Assembly: GCA_023129075.1 (NCBI GenBank)
Contig: JAGMCT010000001.1
Location: forward strand, 2,099 to 66,098
Length of the DNA: 64,000 nt
Origin: Candidatus Micrarchaeota archaeon
GTDB lineage: Archaea > Micrarchaeota > Micrarchaeia > Anstonellales > Bilamarchaeaceae
Reading direction: 5' to 3'
Shown here: positions 8,769 to 16,438 of the stretch, piece by piece
Layout of the letters: every line of letters begins with the position of its first letter
Position numbering within the stretch: the first letter of the stretch is position 1
Notes under the pieces: model-generated
Seen by the model: the letters and a program-made list of their open reading frames with translations, nothing else
What the model was told of the DNA's origin: nothing
The model's database searches: none
Position numbers and translations under genes: made by a program

Positions 8769-8875
8769 TTTTAAAGTATTATGGCTCAGAAGCTACTCCG
8801 TTTGTCATTGCTTGCGCTCCATCTGGGACGGTCTCATCATAGCTCTATGTAATTGTGTGTGTAAGTGCTTATAAA
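8769..8875 (+). repeat. Intergenic repeat family R, copy 4 (divergent after the 5' box)
   Basis: TTTTAAA, 9 nt, CTCAGAAGCTAC conserved. The remainder diverges, but GTAAGTGCTTATAAA resembles the 3' part of copies 1-2. Confidence 0.6.
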
Positions 8876-8896
8876 TCTATGGTTTGAAATTTTATT

Positions 8897-9805
8897 ATGA
8901 GGGTACTGGTTACAGGGGGGGCAGGATTTATAGGTTCATCTCTGGTAAAGGAACTTCTGAAGAAAAATGAGGTGGTTGTGCTGGATGACCTGTCTAATGG
9001 AAAGAGAGAGAATATTCCGAAGAAAATTGAGTTTATAAAAGGAAGTATAACGAATAGGGGAATTGTAGAAAAGGCTGTTGAAGGATGTGAATATATTTTT
9101 CATGAGGCAGCACAGATTTCTGTGGAGGAATCGATAAAGCATCCAAGAAAAACATGGGATGTGAATATACGGGGGACGAGGATTGTGCTGGATTCTGCAT
9201 TAAGGGGAGGAGTGAAGAAAGTGGTATTGGCTTCTTCGGCAGCAGTATATGGAAATAATCAGAATATTCCTCTGAAGGAAAGCGAGGAGATAAAACCCAT
9301 CTCTTTCTATGGAGAAACAAAGAAAATGAATGAGCTGGATGCAGGGAAATATTATGAACAGGGGTTGAGAACCACTTGTTTAAGGTATTTTAATGTGTAC
9401 GGACCAGGGCAGGATGAGGATTCACCTTATTCTGGGGTTATCTCCAAATTTATAGGGAGTACGTTGAAGGGGAAGAGACCTGTGGTTTATGGGGACGGGG
9501 AACAGACAAGGGATTTTGTGTTTGTGAAGGATGTTGTAAAGGCTAATTTGCTTGCGATGGAAAGGGGAGACGGAAAAATTTACAATATAGGAACCGGAAA
9601 AGGAATAAGCGTGAATGAGTTGGTGAAGGTTATAGATAAGGTTACGGGGAAGAAGATTAAGGCAGAATACAAAGAGGAGAAAAAAGGGGATATAAGGCAT
9701 TCTGTGGCAGATGTGAAGAAGGCCAAGGAGGAGTTGGGGTTTGAGGCAGAATATTCAATTGAAAAAGGAATAAGGGAAACGATTGAGTGGTTTAAGAAAA
9801 ACTAG
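8897..9805 (+). CDS. NAD-dependent sugar epimerase/dehydratase (UDP-glucose 4-epimerase-like)
   Basis: VLVTGGAGFIGS Rossmann motif, YGETK catalytic Y-x3-K, 302 aa. Confidence 0.9.
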   Translation: MRVLVTGGAGFIGSSLVKELLKKNEVVVLDDLSNGKRENIPKKIEFIKGSITNRGIVEKAVEGCEYIFHEAAQISVEESIKHPRKTWDVNIRGTRIVLDSALRGGVKKVVLASSAAVYGNNQNIPLKESEEIKPISFYGETKKMNELDAGKYYEQGLRTTCLRYFNVYGPGQDEDSPYSGVISKFIGSTLKGKRPVVYGDGEQTRDFVFVKDVVKANLLAMERGDGKIYNIGTGKGISVNELVKVIDKVTGKKIKAEYKEEKKGDIRHSVADVKKAKEELGFEAEYSIEKGIRETIEWFKKN

Positions 9806-9928
9806 AAGTTATAGATGTCCTTTTCAAAATCTGCTTTTTCTTCAAGGGAATTTATCAATTTTTCTAAAAGAATATTTTTTATTCTGTGGTATTGCTCTTT
9901 TTCCACCTCTTTGTTGAAAACAGCGTAC

Positions 9929-10064
9929 CTGAGATTTCCGAGAGAATTATCTGAAGGATAATCTGATCTTGGAAATCCGAAGTCTTGGAAACCGGAGGTT
10001 TCTGAGAGAATTACCCGGAGGGTAATCTGAGATTTCTGAGAGAATTATCCAAAGGATAATCTAA
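9929..10064 (+). repeat. Three tandem ~35-nt units, each with a dyad (ATTATC-N5-GATAAT, ATTACCC-N3-GGGTAAT, ATTATCC-N3-GGATAAT), plus an internal TCTTGGAAA(t)CCG(a)AG doublet
   Basis: Read directly. Units at 9929-9966, 9998-10030 and 10031-10064 share TTTC(C/T)GAGAGAATTA...TAATCT(G/A)A. One stem position covaries (T:A versus C:G). Confidence 0.8.
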
Positions 10065-10124
10065 TGTCCCCCTCCGCGGTTCGGAATGAAAAGGTTTATT
10101 AATATTTTTAAGTGAAAGGGACAT

Positions 10125-10370
10125 ATGGCGTACATAGAGACATTGTTATCCAGCTGGCTTGAGATAATGAAATCATCAGGGACAACCATTTCTGTTCTCC
10201 TTATAATATTGGGCGGAATCATGTACGGGATTGCACAACTACAGCCCGGGGAAACCAGAGGGAAATGGCAGAATATTTCAATAGGAGTATTCCTTGGAGG
10301 AGTAATAATTGCTGCAATAATAGGCGCAGCAAGTGTTATTCAGGAGATTTCAAGCAACCTGCTGACGTGA
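10125..10370 (+). CDS. Small two-TM hairpin protein, VirB2/TrbC/CedA1-like pilin candidate
   Basis: 81 aa. Hydrophobic segments TISVLLIILGGIMYGIA and ISIGVFLGGVIIAAIIGAASVI are joined by the charged loop QLQPGETRGKWQN. First gene of the operon. Confidence 0.55.
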   Translation: MAYIETLLSSWLEIMKSSGTTISVLLIILGGIMYGIAQLQPGETRGKWQNISIGVFLGGVIIAAIIGAASVIQEISSNLLT

Positions 10371-10374
10371 GAGA

Positions 10375-11310
10375 ATGGCGGTAGACCTCACCATTGCATC
10401 AACAGTAGTAACCCTTTCCATAATCTTATCTGGTATACTGCTTGGGGTGGGAAAGACTATAGGCTCTAAAAAAATAGAATTTTTTGGAGCAGAAGAACTG
10501 CTTCAGTCTGTGATAAATGCAGCCCTTGTAGGAGCATATGCAGGAATAGTTGAAATAGCCACTAATTTGAGCAATGAAATAGCAGAGGTAAGCCAATGTA
10601 TGGAAGGGGATGCTTTGGAAAATCTTGCGTGCACATTTCATCAGGTATCTCTAGAGTTGTTCAAGGTTATTGGGGGGCTTTTTGTGCTAACCAATATGGT
10701 GGGGTATTATCAGACATTAAACCTTGAATTTGCGTCTTTTTCAATACAGCCGTTGGTGAACCTTTCGTCAGTTGCAGGTATTTTTGGACTGCAGTTAATT
10801 ATAATGCAACAGCTGCTTACAATTAGTGAATTTAATTATCAACTGATAAATTTCTTTGGACCTCAATTATTGAGTTTGTTCCTTCCGCTTGGGCTGGTAT
10901 TCAGGTCTTTTTTTCCGACAAGGAGACTAGGGGGTTTCCTTATTGCACTTGCAGTGGGAATCTATTTATTTTATCCGTTTATGGTATTAATATTTCCAAC
11001 CCCTATACCTATGCTTGAGCAAACAGGAAACATTATAGAGAATATAACGAATAACAGTAATTATGCTACTATTCCGATAATAGACCTGAACGGAAGTGGA
11101 GTAATCGGGGAAAAAATAGATAATCTTACAAAAGGGGACTTTACAGGGGATTTGGCAGTGAGTATTGAATCAATCAGCCAGAGCATTTCTTCAGCAACAC
11201 TTTATGTATTATTTGCACCGTTGTTTGGACTGCTGATTACTATCATATTTATAAAAGAGATAACAGACATACTTGGCGGGGAATTCTTCTTCGCGGTGGG
11301 GAACTTATGA
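10375..11310 (+). CDS. Polytopic membrane protein, VirB6/TrbL/CedA-like candidate
   Basis: 311 aa, ~6 hydrophobic helices with an N-glycosylation-sequon-rich loop (NITNNSNYAT); 4 nt after the pilin-like gene. Confidence 0.5.
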   Translation: MAVDLTIASTVVTLSIILSGILLGVGKTIGSKKIEFFGAEELLQSVINAALVGAYAGIVEIATNLSNEIAEVSQCMEGDALENLACTFHQVSLELFKVIGGLFVLTNMVGYYQTLNLEFASFSIQPLVNLSSVAGIFGLQLIIMQQLLTISEFNYQLINFFGPQLLSLFLPLGLVFRSFFPTRRLGGFLIALAVGIYLFYPFMVLIFPTPIPMLEQTGNIIENITNNSNYATIPIIDLNGSGVIGEKIDNLTKGDFTGDLAVSIESISQSISSATLYVLFAPLFGLLITIIFIKEITDILGGEFFFAVGNL

Positions 11311-12086
11311 TATGGAACAGGTTGATTACTATTCTTGCACTTATTGGAGGGGTGATTTCTGTATTAATCGCTGCAGTTACCGGAAATGTTATACTGACAA
11401 TCCCTTCTGCATTCTTTTTTGCGCTGAGCCTGCTTATATGGAAGTACGGATATATTTTGATGCCTTACTTCACAACTGCGGCAGGGATAATAGAGGTGAG
11501 AAGCGGATATGAAATTCCTCCTGCAAGAGACTACATAATCAAGAAAGCTGAAAACGGTTATTATGCAACGAAATTCCTTGAGATAAAATATTATGACAGC
11601 ATTGTTGACAAGAGCGATGTAGAAAAGGCTTATAGGGTGGAATCATTTGAAAAGGCTCTTGCTTCTCTGAATAGTGTAGTGAAGATATCTTTATTGGTTT
11701 CTACAATAGACCTTTCAAAGCATATAGAAGAGATAAAAACAAGAAGGGGTTCTGCTGAAGCCAAACGGGCAAAGATGGCCTCAAACAACGCGGATGCAGT
11801 AAAACTAGACAGAGAAATAGCTATGTATGACAGACAACTGGACAGGATTACTCATGGAGAAAGACCGTTGGAGGTTACATCCTTTGCATCAACAACTGCT
11901 TTTGGAGTGACGAAAGAAGAGGCATCCTCAAGAGTAAGGAGGCAGTCAAAGGAGATAAAAACCATATTATCCAGTACGCTTGGTGCAGATGTAAAGGAGC
12001 TGGCGGATGAGGATATGCTTAGATGTTTTGAATGGGATAGATTTATTCCAGCAGACCCTGAACAGTTAAGGGATGAGGTATTCTAA
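11307..12086 (+). CDS. Membrane-anchored protein (two N-terminal TM helices + soluble domain), candidate VirB3 + VirB4 N-terminal-domain equivalent
   Basis: 259 aa; overlaps the upstream gene by 4 bp and the downstream ATPase by 1 bp. Confidence 0.45.
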   Translation: MIWNRLITILALIGGVISVLIAAVTGNVILTIPSAFFFALSLLIWKYGYILMPYFTTAAGIIEVRSGYEIPPARDYIIKKAENGYYATKFLEIKYYDSIVDKSDVEKAYRVESFEKALASLNSVVKISLLVSTIDLSKHIEEIKTRRGSAEAKRAKMASNNADAVKLDREIAMYDRQLDRITHGERPLEVTSFASTTAFGVTKEEASSRVRRQSKEIKTILSSTLGADVKELADEDMLRCFEWDRFIPADPEQLRDEVF

Positions 12087-13519
12087 TGTATCTCAAAAAA
12101 TATCTTACAAGTGATATAGCGAGAAGGTTTTTCTTAGTGCATCCTCCGGAACCAAGAAAAGACCTTTTAATTTCAGGAGTAACGGAAGGGGTGTATTTAG
12201 GGAAAACCAGGTGGCTTAATGTACCTGTATTCTGGAACTACAATAAACTAATCAACCCGCACATGGCAATAGTAGGTATTACAGGAAGCGGTAAGAGTTA
12301 CCTTGTAAAAACCTTTATTACAAGAGCGGCGCTGGTATGGAATACCAATGCACTAATCCTGGATTGGGTCGGGGAATACAACGAATGGGTGAGACAGGCT
12401 GGAGGAATGGTAATCCATCTTGGAAAAGAGCACCTGAACCTGCTTGACCTGGGGGGGATGAGCAAGGGGGAGAGAATAAAACAGATAATGTCTTCACTTG
12501 ACATGATGCTTGAGTTAAAGGATTTCCCTGAAGAAAAATATGACCTGGAGGGGGCCCTGGAAAAGGTTTATAAAAAATATAAGAATCCAACGCTCGTGGA
12601 GGTTGAAAAAAGTCTGGAAAAGGATGGAAAGAAAAGGGCAGCGAGACTGCTGAAAGGATATATCGGAGAAGGAAATGATTTCTTTGCAAAGCATTCAACC
12701 CTTAAACTGGACAAATTGATTGATTCCGGACTGGTGTGTATAGACCTGCACAGTCTGCCTAGTGAAGAGATGAGAAGTCTGGCCGGTCTCACTATTCTAC
12801 AGTTTATAAAAGAAAAGATGAGAAAAGAAGAGCTTGGGAAGGAAAAGGGGATAAAGCTCTTTGTTGTGGTTGATGAGGCATGGAAGATAGCAAGGGATGA
12901 CAGGAGCGATGTGATAACTATAGTAAGAGAAGGAAGAAAGTATAATTTTGGAATAATTGTTGCAAGCCAGAATCCAACAGACATAAACAAGGCAATAATC
13001 AGCAATGTTGGAACAACGTTTGTACTAAGACTTATTTTAAGGGAATATAAGGATTATATGAAAGATTCTCTGAATTATTCGGGCTATATTGATGAGGAGA
13101 TAAGCAGATTTGGAGTGGGGGATGCAGCAATAAATATGATATTTGCAGAAAGGGCAACCGAATCCCTTACGTTTTTACTTGATAAAATAGACGGCGAGGA
13201 ACCGCTGTTTGTTTATAAAATAAGAGGTGGTGGAATGGATGTTGAAGTAGAAAGAGAGCAGTTTTCACGAATGTTATTTGAATTAGGGTTAAGTGACGAG
13301 CAGATAAACATGGTGAAGCTTGAGTTTGAAAAGAATGACGGGGTAATAAAGGCAACAACCTTTGTATCAATGCTTGAGAGGTTTGGTTATGCAAGGTCTT
13401 CTATAATTACGTTCCTGAGACAGATGGGGGTTGAGGAGAGAAATATTGTTGAAATTTTTTCCCTTATAAGAAAAAGGAAGGCGTCTAAAGGACTTGTAGA
13501 CCTTGTGCTGGAGGAATGA
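12086..13519 (+). CDS. VirB4/TrbE/HerA-superfamily P-loop ATPase (CedB-like candidate)
   Basis: Walker A VGITGSGKSYL, Walker B LFVVVDEAWK, REGRKYNFGIIVASQNPTDI motif. Confidence 0.85.
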   Translation: MYLKKYLTSDIARRFFLVHPPEPRKDLLISGVTEGVYLGKTRWLNVPVFWNYNKLINPHMAIVGITGSGKSYLVKTFITRAALVWNTNALILDWVGEYNEWVRQAGGMVIHLGKEHLNLLDLGGMSKGERIKQIMSSLDMMLELKDFPEEKYDLEGALEKVYKKYKNPTLVEVEKSLEKDGKKRAARLLKGYIGEGNDFFAKHSTLKLDKLIDSGLVCIDLHSLPSEEMRSLAGLTILQFIKEKMRKEELGKEKGIKLFVVVDEAWKIARDDRSDVITIVREGRKYNFGIIVASQNPTDINKAIISNVGTTFVLRLILREYKDYMKDSLNYSGYIDEEISRFGVGDAAINMIFAERATESLTFLLDKIDGEEPLFVYKIRGGGMDVEVEREQFSRMLFELGLSDEQINMVKLEFEKNDGVIKATTFVSMLERFGYARSSIITFLRQMGVEERNIVEIFSLIRKRKASKGLVDLVLEE

Positions 13520-13523
13520 GAGG

Positions 13524-14219
13524 ATGGAGGAAATAGTAAGGATAAGCGCAAAGAGAAAGAAGAGTTTGAAAAGACTGCTTCCTCTGCTTGGGCAGATGGG
13601 ATTCACAAAAATAGAGTATACAAAAGACAATATAATAATAGAAAAAGTTGAAAGTGAAGACCTGAAAGGAAAGCCCTATCTTTACTATCGTGTAGAGATG
13701 ATGGACAATGGAATAAAGGTAGTATATTCCATTCCTTCGCTGAAAACAAAGCTTGCAAGAACTACAGATATAGGAATGCTCATTTTGAACCTTACAAAAC
13801 TCCTGGATGATTATTATGATGTACACCCTTCTGCAATGTATTCATTCTTCCTTTCACTGCTTATAACCATGTCAAAGATGATGGACAAGGACAAGGTGGA
13901 ATTGGCATCAGAACTGGAGGGGCTGAAAATAAAACATGCAACATTAGAAAAAAGATATACTGAATTGGTGCACTCCAGCGAACAGAATGCAAGGATATTG
14001 ATGGAATGTGAAAGAAAAAAGAACGAGCAGAAGGAAAGAATAGCAAAGCTGGAGGGAATAAGCGATGATGCGCTCATGGAAAGCATATTTGGGTGGCTGA
14101 AAACACACAACGGCGAGATAGATATCTATGAATTCTCCAAGATGTACGGTCTTCCAATAGGAAGAATTGAGTATGGGCTGGAGATTCTGCTTATGCAGGG
14201 CTATATAAAAAAGAGGTAA
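13524..14219 (+). CDS. Coiled-coil protein with C-terminal winged-HTH-like domain
   Basis: ATG at 13524 (the track ORF begins at a TTG at 13503); central heptad-rich region; C-terminal IDIYEFSKMYGLPIGRIEYGLEILLMQGYIKKR. Confidence 0.6.
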   Translation: MEEIVRISAKRKKSLKRLLPLLGQMGFTKIEYTKDNIIIEKVESEDLKGKPYLYYRVEMMDNGIKVVYSIPSLKTKLARTTDIGMLILNLTKLLDDYYDVHPSAMYSFFLSLLITMSKMMDKDKVELASELEGLKIKHATLEKRYTELVHSSEQNARILMECERKKNEQKERIAKLEGISDDALMESIFGWLKTHNGEIDIYEFSKMYGLPIGRIEYGLEILLMQGYIKKR

Positions 14220-14225
14220 TTCCTA

Positions 14226-14363
14226 TGGAAGAAAAAAAGCTCTATTCCTTTGCAATTCTAAAAAATCTTCCAAGAGGAAAATCTTTCATTATTCTCAAAA
14301 GTTATGAAAAGGGAATCATTCCTAAGATACAGGAGATGGTAAGAAAGGTATTTGGTGGTTAGG
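14226..14363 (+). CDS. Possible 45-aa ORF closing the operon
   Basis: Hand translation MEEKKLYSFAILKNLPRGKSFIILKSYEKGIIPKIQEMVRKVFGG; its stop abuts the purD ATG. Below the ORF-track size cut-off. Confidence 0.3.
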
Positions 14364-15674
14364 ATGAAAGTACTTATTCTTGGGGCCGGGTGCAGGGAGC
14401 ATATAATAGCAAATAGGCTTGCAGAGGACAGCGAGGTTTATGCAATAATGAATGTATTGCATCCTGGAATAAGTAAGATTTCAAAGGAATATTTGGTTGT
14501 TGATTATTCTGAAGTCGGAAGAATAAAAGAATGGATAGAAAAAAGAGAATTTGATGTAGGGTTTGTAAGTCCTGATGGTCTGCTTGCAAAGGGGCTGAGC
14601 GACCTGTTGAAGCAGGCAGGAGTTCCTATTGCATCTCCTTTAAAGCAGGCTGCAAAACTGGAGTGGCACAAGGGATACGCAAGGGATTTGATGAAGAAGA
14701 ACAACATAGAGGGTGTCCCAAAGTATAAAGCTGTTTTTGGGATTGAAGAGGCGCTTGGATTCATAAAAGAAAATAAGGAATTTGTTATAAAGCCGTTTGG
14801 GCTGACAGGCGGAAAGGGGGTAAAGGTGAAGGGAGAGCATTTCCATTCTGAAGCAGAGGGTCTGGAATATATAAAAGAATTAATAGATGAAGATGAGGGC
14901 GCCCTTTTAGAAGAAAAATTGGAAGGACCTGAATTCTCTTTGCAGGGGTTTTCAAATGGAAGAGAATTGTTATTCATGCCTCCTGTGCAGGACCATAAAC
15001 GGGCTTATGAACAGGATATCGGACCGAATACCGGCGGGATGGGAAGTTATTCTACAGGAAAACTTCTTCCGTTCATGAATGAAAAGGATTTGGAAGACGG
15101 AAAGGGAATTATGAGGAAAGTGATGGAAGTAATGAGAAAGGAGAACAATCCTTTCGTTGGGATTCTTTACGGAAATTTTATGGTTACTAAGGATGGAATT
15201 AAACTGATTGAATTTAATGCAAGATTTGGAGACCCTGAGGCCATGAATGTTCTGAGCCTGCTTGGGGGTTCGCTCTCTTCTATATTTTTGGATATGTGCA
15301 GGGAGGGGGAATTAAAAGGGGAGTTCTCTGAGGAAGCATCACTGGTGAAGTATGTTGTTCCCGAAGGATACCCAGTGAAAGGAAAAAAAGGAGAGGAGAT
15401 AGAGATAGATGAGAAGGGGATAAAGGAATTAGGATGTGATATCTATTACGGGTCTGTTTATTCAGAGAATGGAAAGGTTTATACAACACCCTCAAGAACT
15501 GCTGCGGTTGTGGGGAAAGGAAAGGACCTTTACGAAGTAGAGAAGAGGGTGGAGAAGGCAATTTCATTTGTTAGGGGGAACCTGTTTCACAGGAAGGATA
15601 TAGGAACAAAAGAGCTGGTTGAGAAAAAAGTTGAGTATGTGAAAAGACTGAAGAGGAATCTGAAGGGTTTTTAA
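14364..15674 (+). CDS. purD: Phosphoribosylamine--glycine ligase
   Basis: MKVLILGAGCREH start, ATP-grasp segments, EFNARFGDPE motif. Confidence 0.92.
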   Translation: MKVLILGAGCREHIIANRLAEDSEVYAIMNVLHPGISKISKEYLVVDYSEVGRIKEWIEKREFDVGFVSPDGLLAKGLSDLLKQAGVPIASPLKQAAKLEWHKGYARDLMKKNNIEGVPKYKAVFGIEEALGFIKENKEFVIKPFGLTGGKGVKVKGEHFHSEAEGLEYIKELIDEDEGALLEEKLEGPEFSLQGFSNGRELLFMPPVQDHKRAYEQDIGPNTGGMGSYSTGKLLPFMNEKDLEDGKGIMRKVMEVMRKENNPFVGILYGNFMVTKDGIKLIEFNARFGDPEAMNVLSLLGGSLSSIFLDMCREGELKGEFSEEASLVKYVVPEGYPVKGKKGEEIEIDEKGIKELGCDIYYGSVYSENGKVYTTPSRTAAVVGKGKDLYEVEKRVEKAISFVRGNLFHRKDIGTKELVEKKVEYVKRLKRNLKGF

Positions 15675-15706
15675 ATTCTCGGGGTTCTTTTAAAAACGGT
15701 GAAAGA

Positions 15707-16438
15707 TTGGTAGGGAAAGCAATAAAAAAAGCAGGAAAACTTTTTACAGATGACATGACTTCATATGTATTATCTTCATTGATTTATCTTCTGTTGAATG
15801 TTCTTTCTTTTGGGGCGATGATGGGGATCCTGACAATCGCATTTCTTCTTATATCCCTTACTCCTCTTGGGGAGAGCTATGGAGTGTATATATTGGGAGT
15901 GGGTATCTTCATCTGTCTGCTTATGTATGTGTTTCTTTTTTCAGGATTTAAAGGGGCGTTTGTGAATGACCTTAATCTCATAATAGAAAGAAAAAAACCA
16001 AGCTTTTTTGGGTTTGTGAGATATGGAATAAGGGAATCTCCGAGATTTTTTGTTGTTAGTCTGATAAAACTTATACTGCATGGGCTTATATTAATTCCAT
16101 TGGCAGCGCTTTACTACTTTGTATTTATGCCATTCCCAAGCATAGCAATGTATGGACTTATAGGATTAATCCTGGTTGCACTGTTCTTTAACTATATTGT
16201 GCAGTTCCTGTTTTCATTCTCTTATGTTACTGCTGTAGTTGACAGAGTCAACTCATTTAGTGCGCTGGCGATTTGCCTTAACTTTCTTAAGAGGAGAAAC
16301 ATTATGGCATTTCTCATCTATACAGTATATGCAATAGTAGCAATGAGCACTTTTATTCCGCTTATTAATATAATTACGTATCCTACTTTTTATCCATTGA
16401 TGTATTCTGCAATGATTATTTTCTTTAAAGAGAACTAA
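15707..16438 (+). CDS. Polytopic membrane protein of unknown function
   Basis: 243 aa, ~6 hydrophobic helices; start uncertain (TTG at 15707 or ATG at 15755); 3' end overlaps trxB convergently. Confidence 0.6.
   Translation: MVGKAIKKAGKLFTDDMTSYVLSSLIYLLLNVLSFGAMMGILTIAFLLISLTPLGESYGVYILGVGIFICLLMYVFLFSGFKGAFVNDLNLIIERKKPSFFGFVRYGIRESPRFFVVSLIKLILHGLILIPLAALYYFVFMPFPSIAMYGLIGLILVALFFNYIVQFLFSFSYVTAVVDRVNSFSALAICLNFLKRRNIMAFLIYTVYAIVAMSTFIPLINIITYPTFYPLMYSAMIIFFKEN

Noticed and set aside
6342-8875. R repeats as canonical attC sites or C/D-box sRNAs
   Set aside because: By eye I could not find the RYYYAAC / GTTRRRY outer pairs in the expected positions. On either strand there is no RUGAUGA C box, although a CUGA lies at the minus-strand 3' end. 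The cassette and sRNA ideas are kept only as hypotheses needing folding and search tools.
9806-9940. Short minus-strand ORF ending ...EKEQYHRIKNILLEKLINSLEEKADFEKDIYNF
   Set aside because: It is below 60 aa, I could not fix a clear start codon, and it has no motif. It cannot be supported from sequence alone.
9929-10064. Possible mini-CRISPR array
   Set aside because: There are only three units. They are directly adjacent or separated by a non-uniform 31-nt segment, there are no spacer-like unique inserts of regular length, and no cas genes are present. It is better described as tandem dyad repeats.
12917-12930. Partial matches to the 18-bp palindrome inside CDSs (TAACTATAGTAA here; GTTACTATAGAA near 52345)
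   Set aside because: Only the 8-10-bp core matches and both are intragenic, which is compatible with chance in an AT-rich genome.
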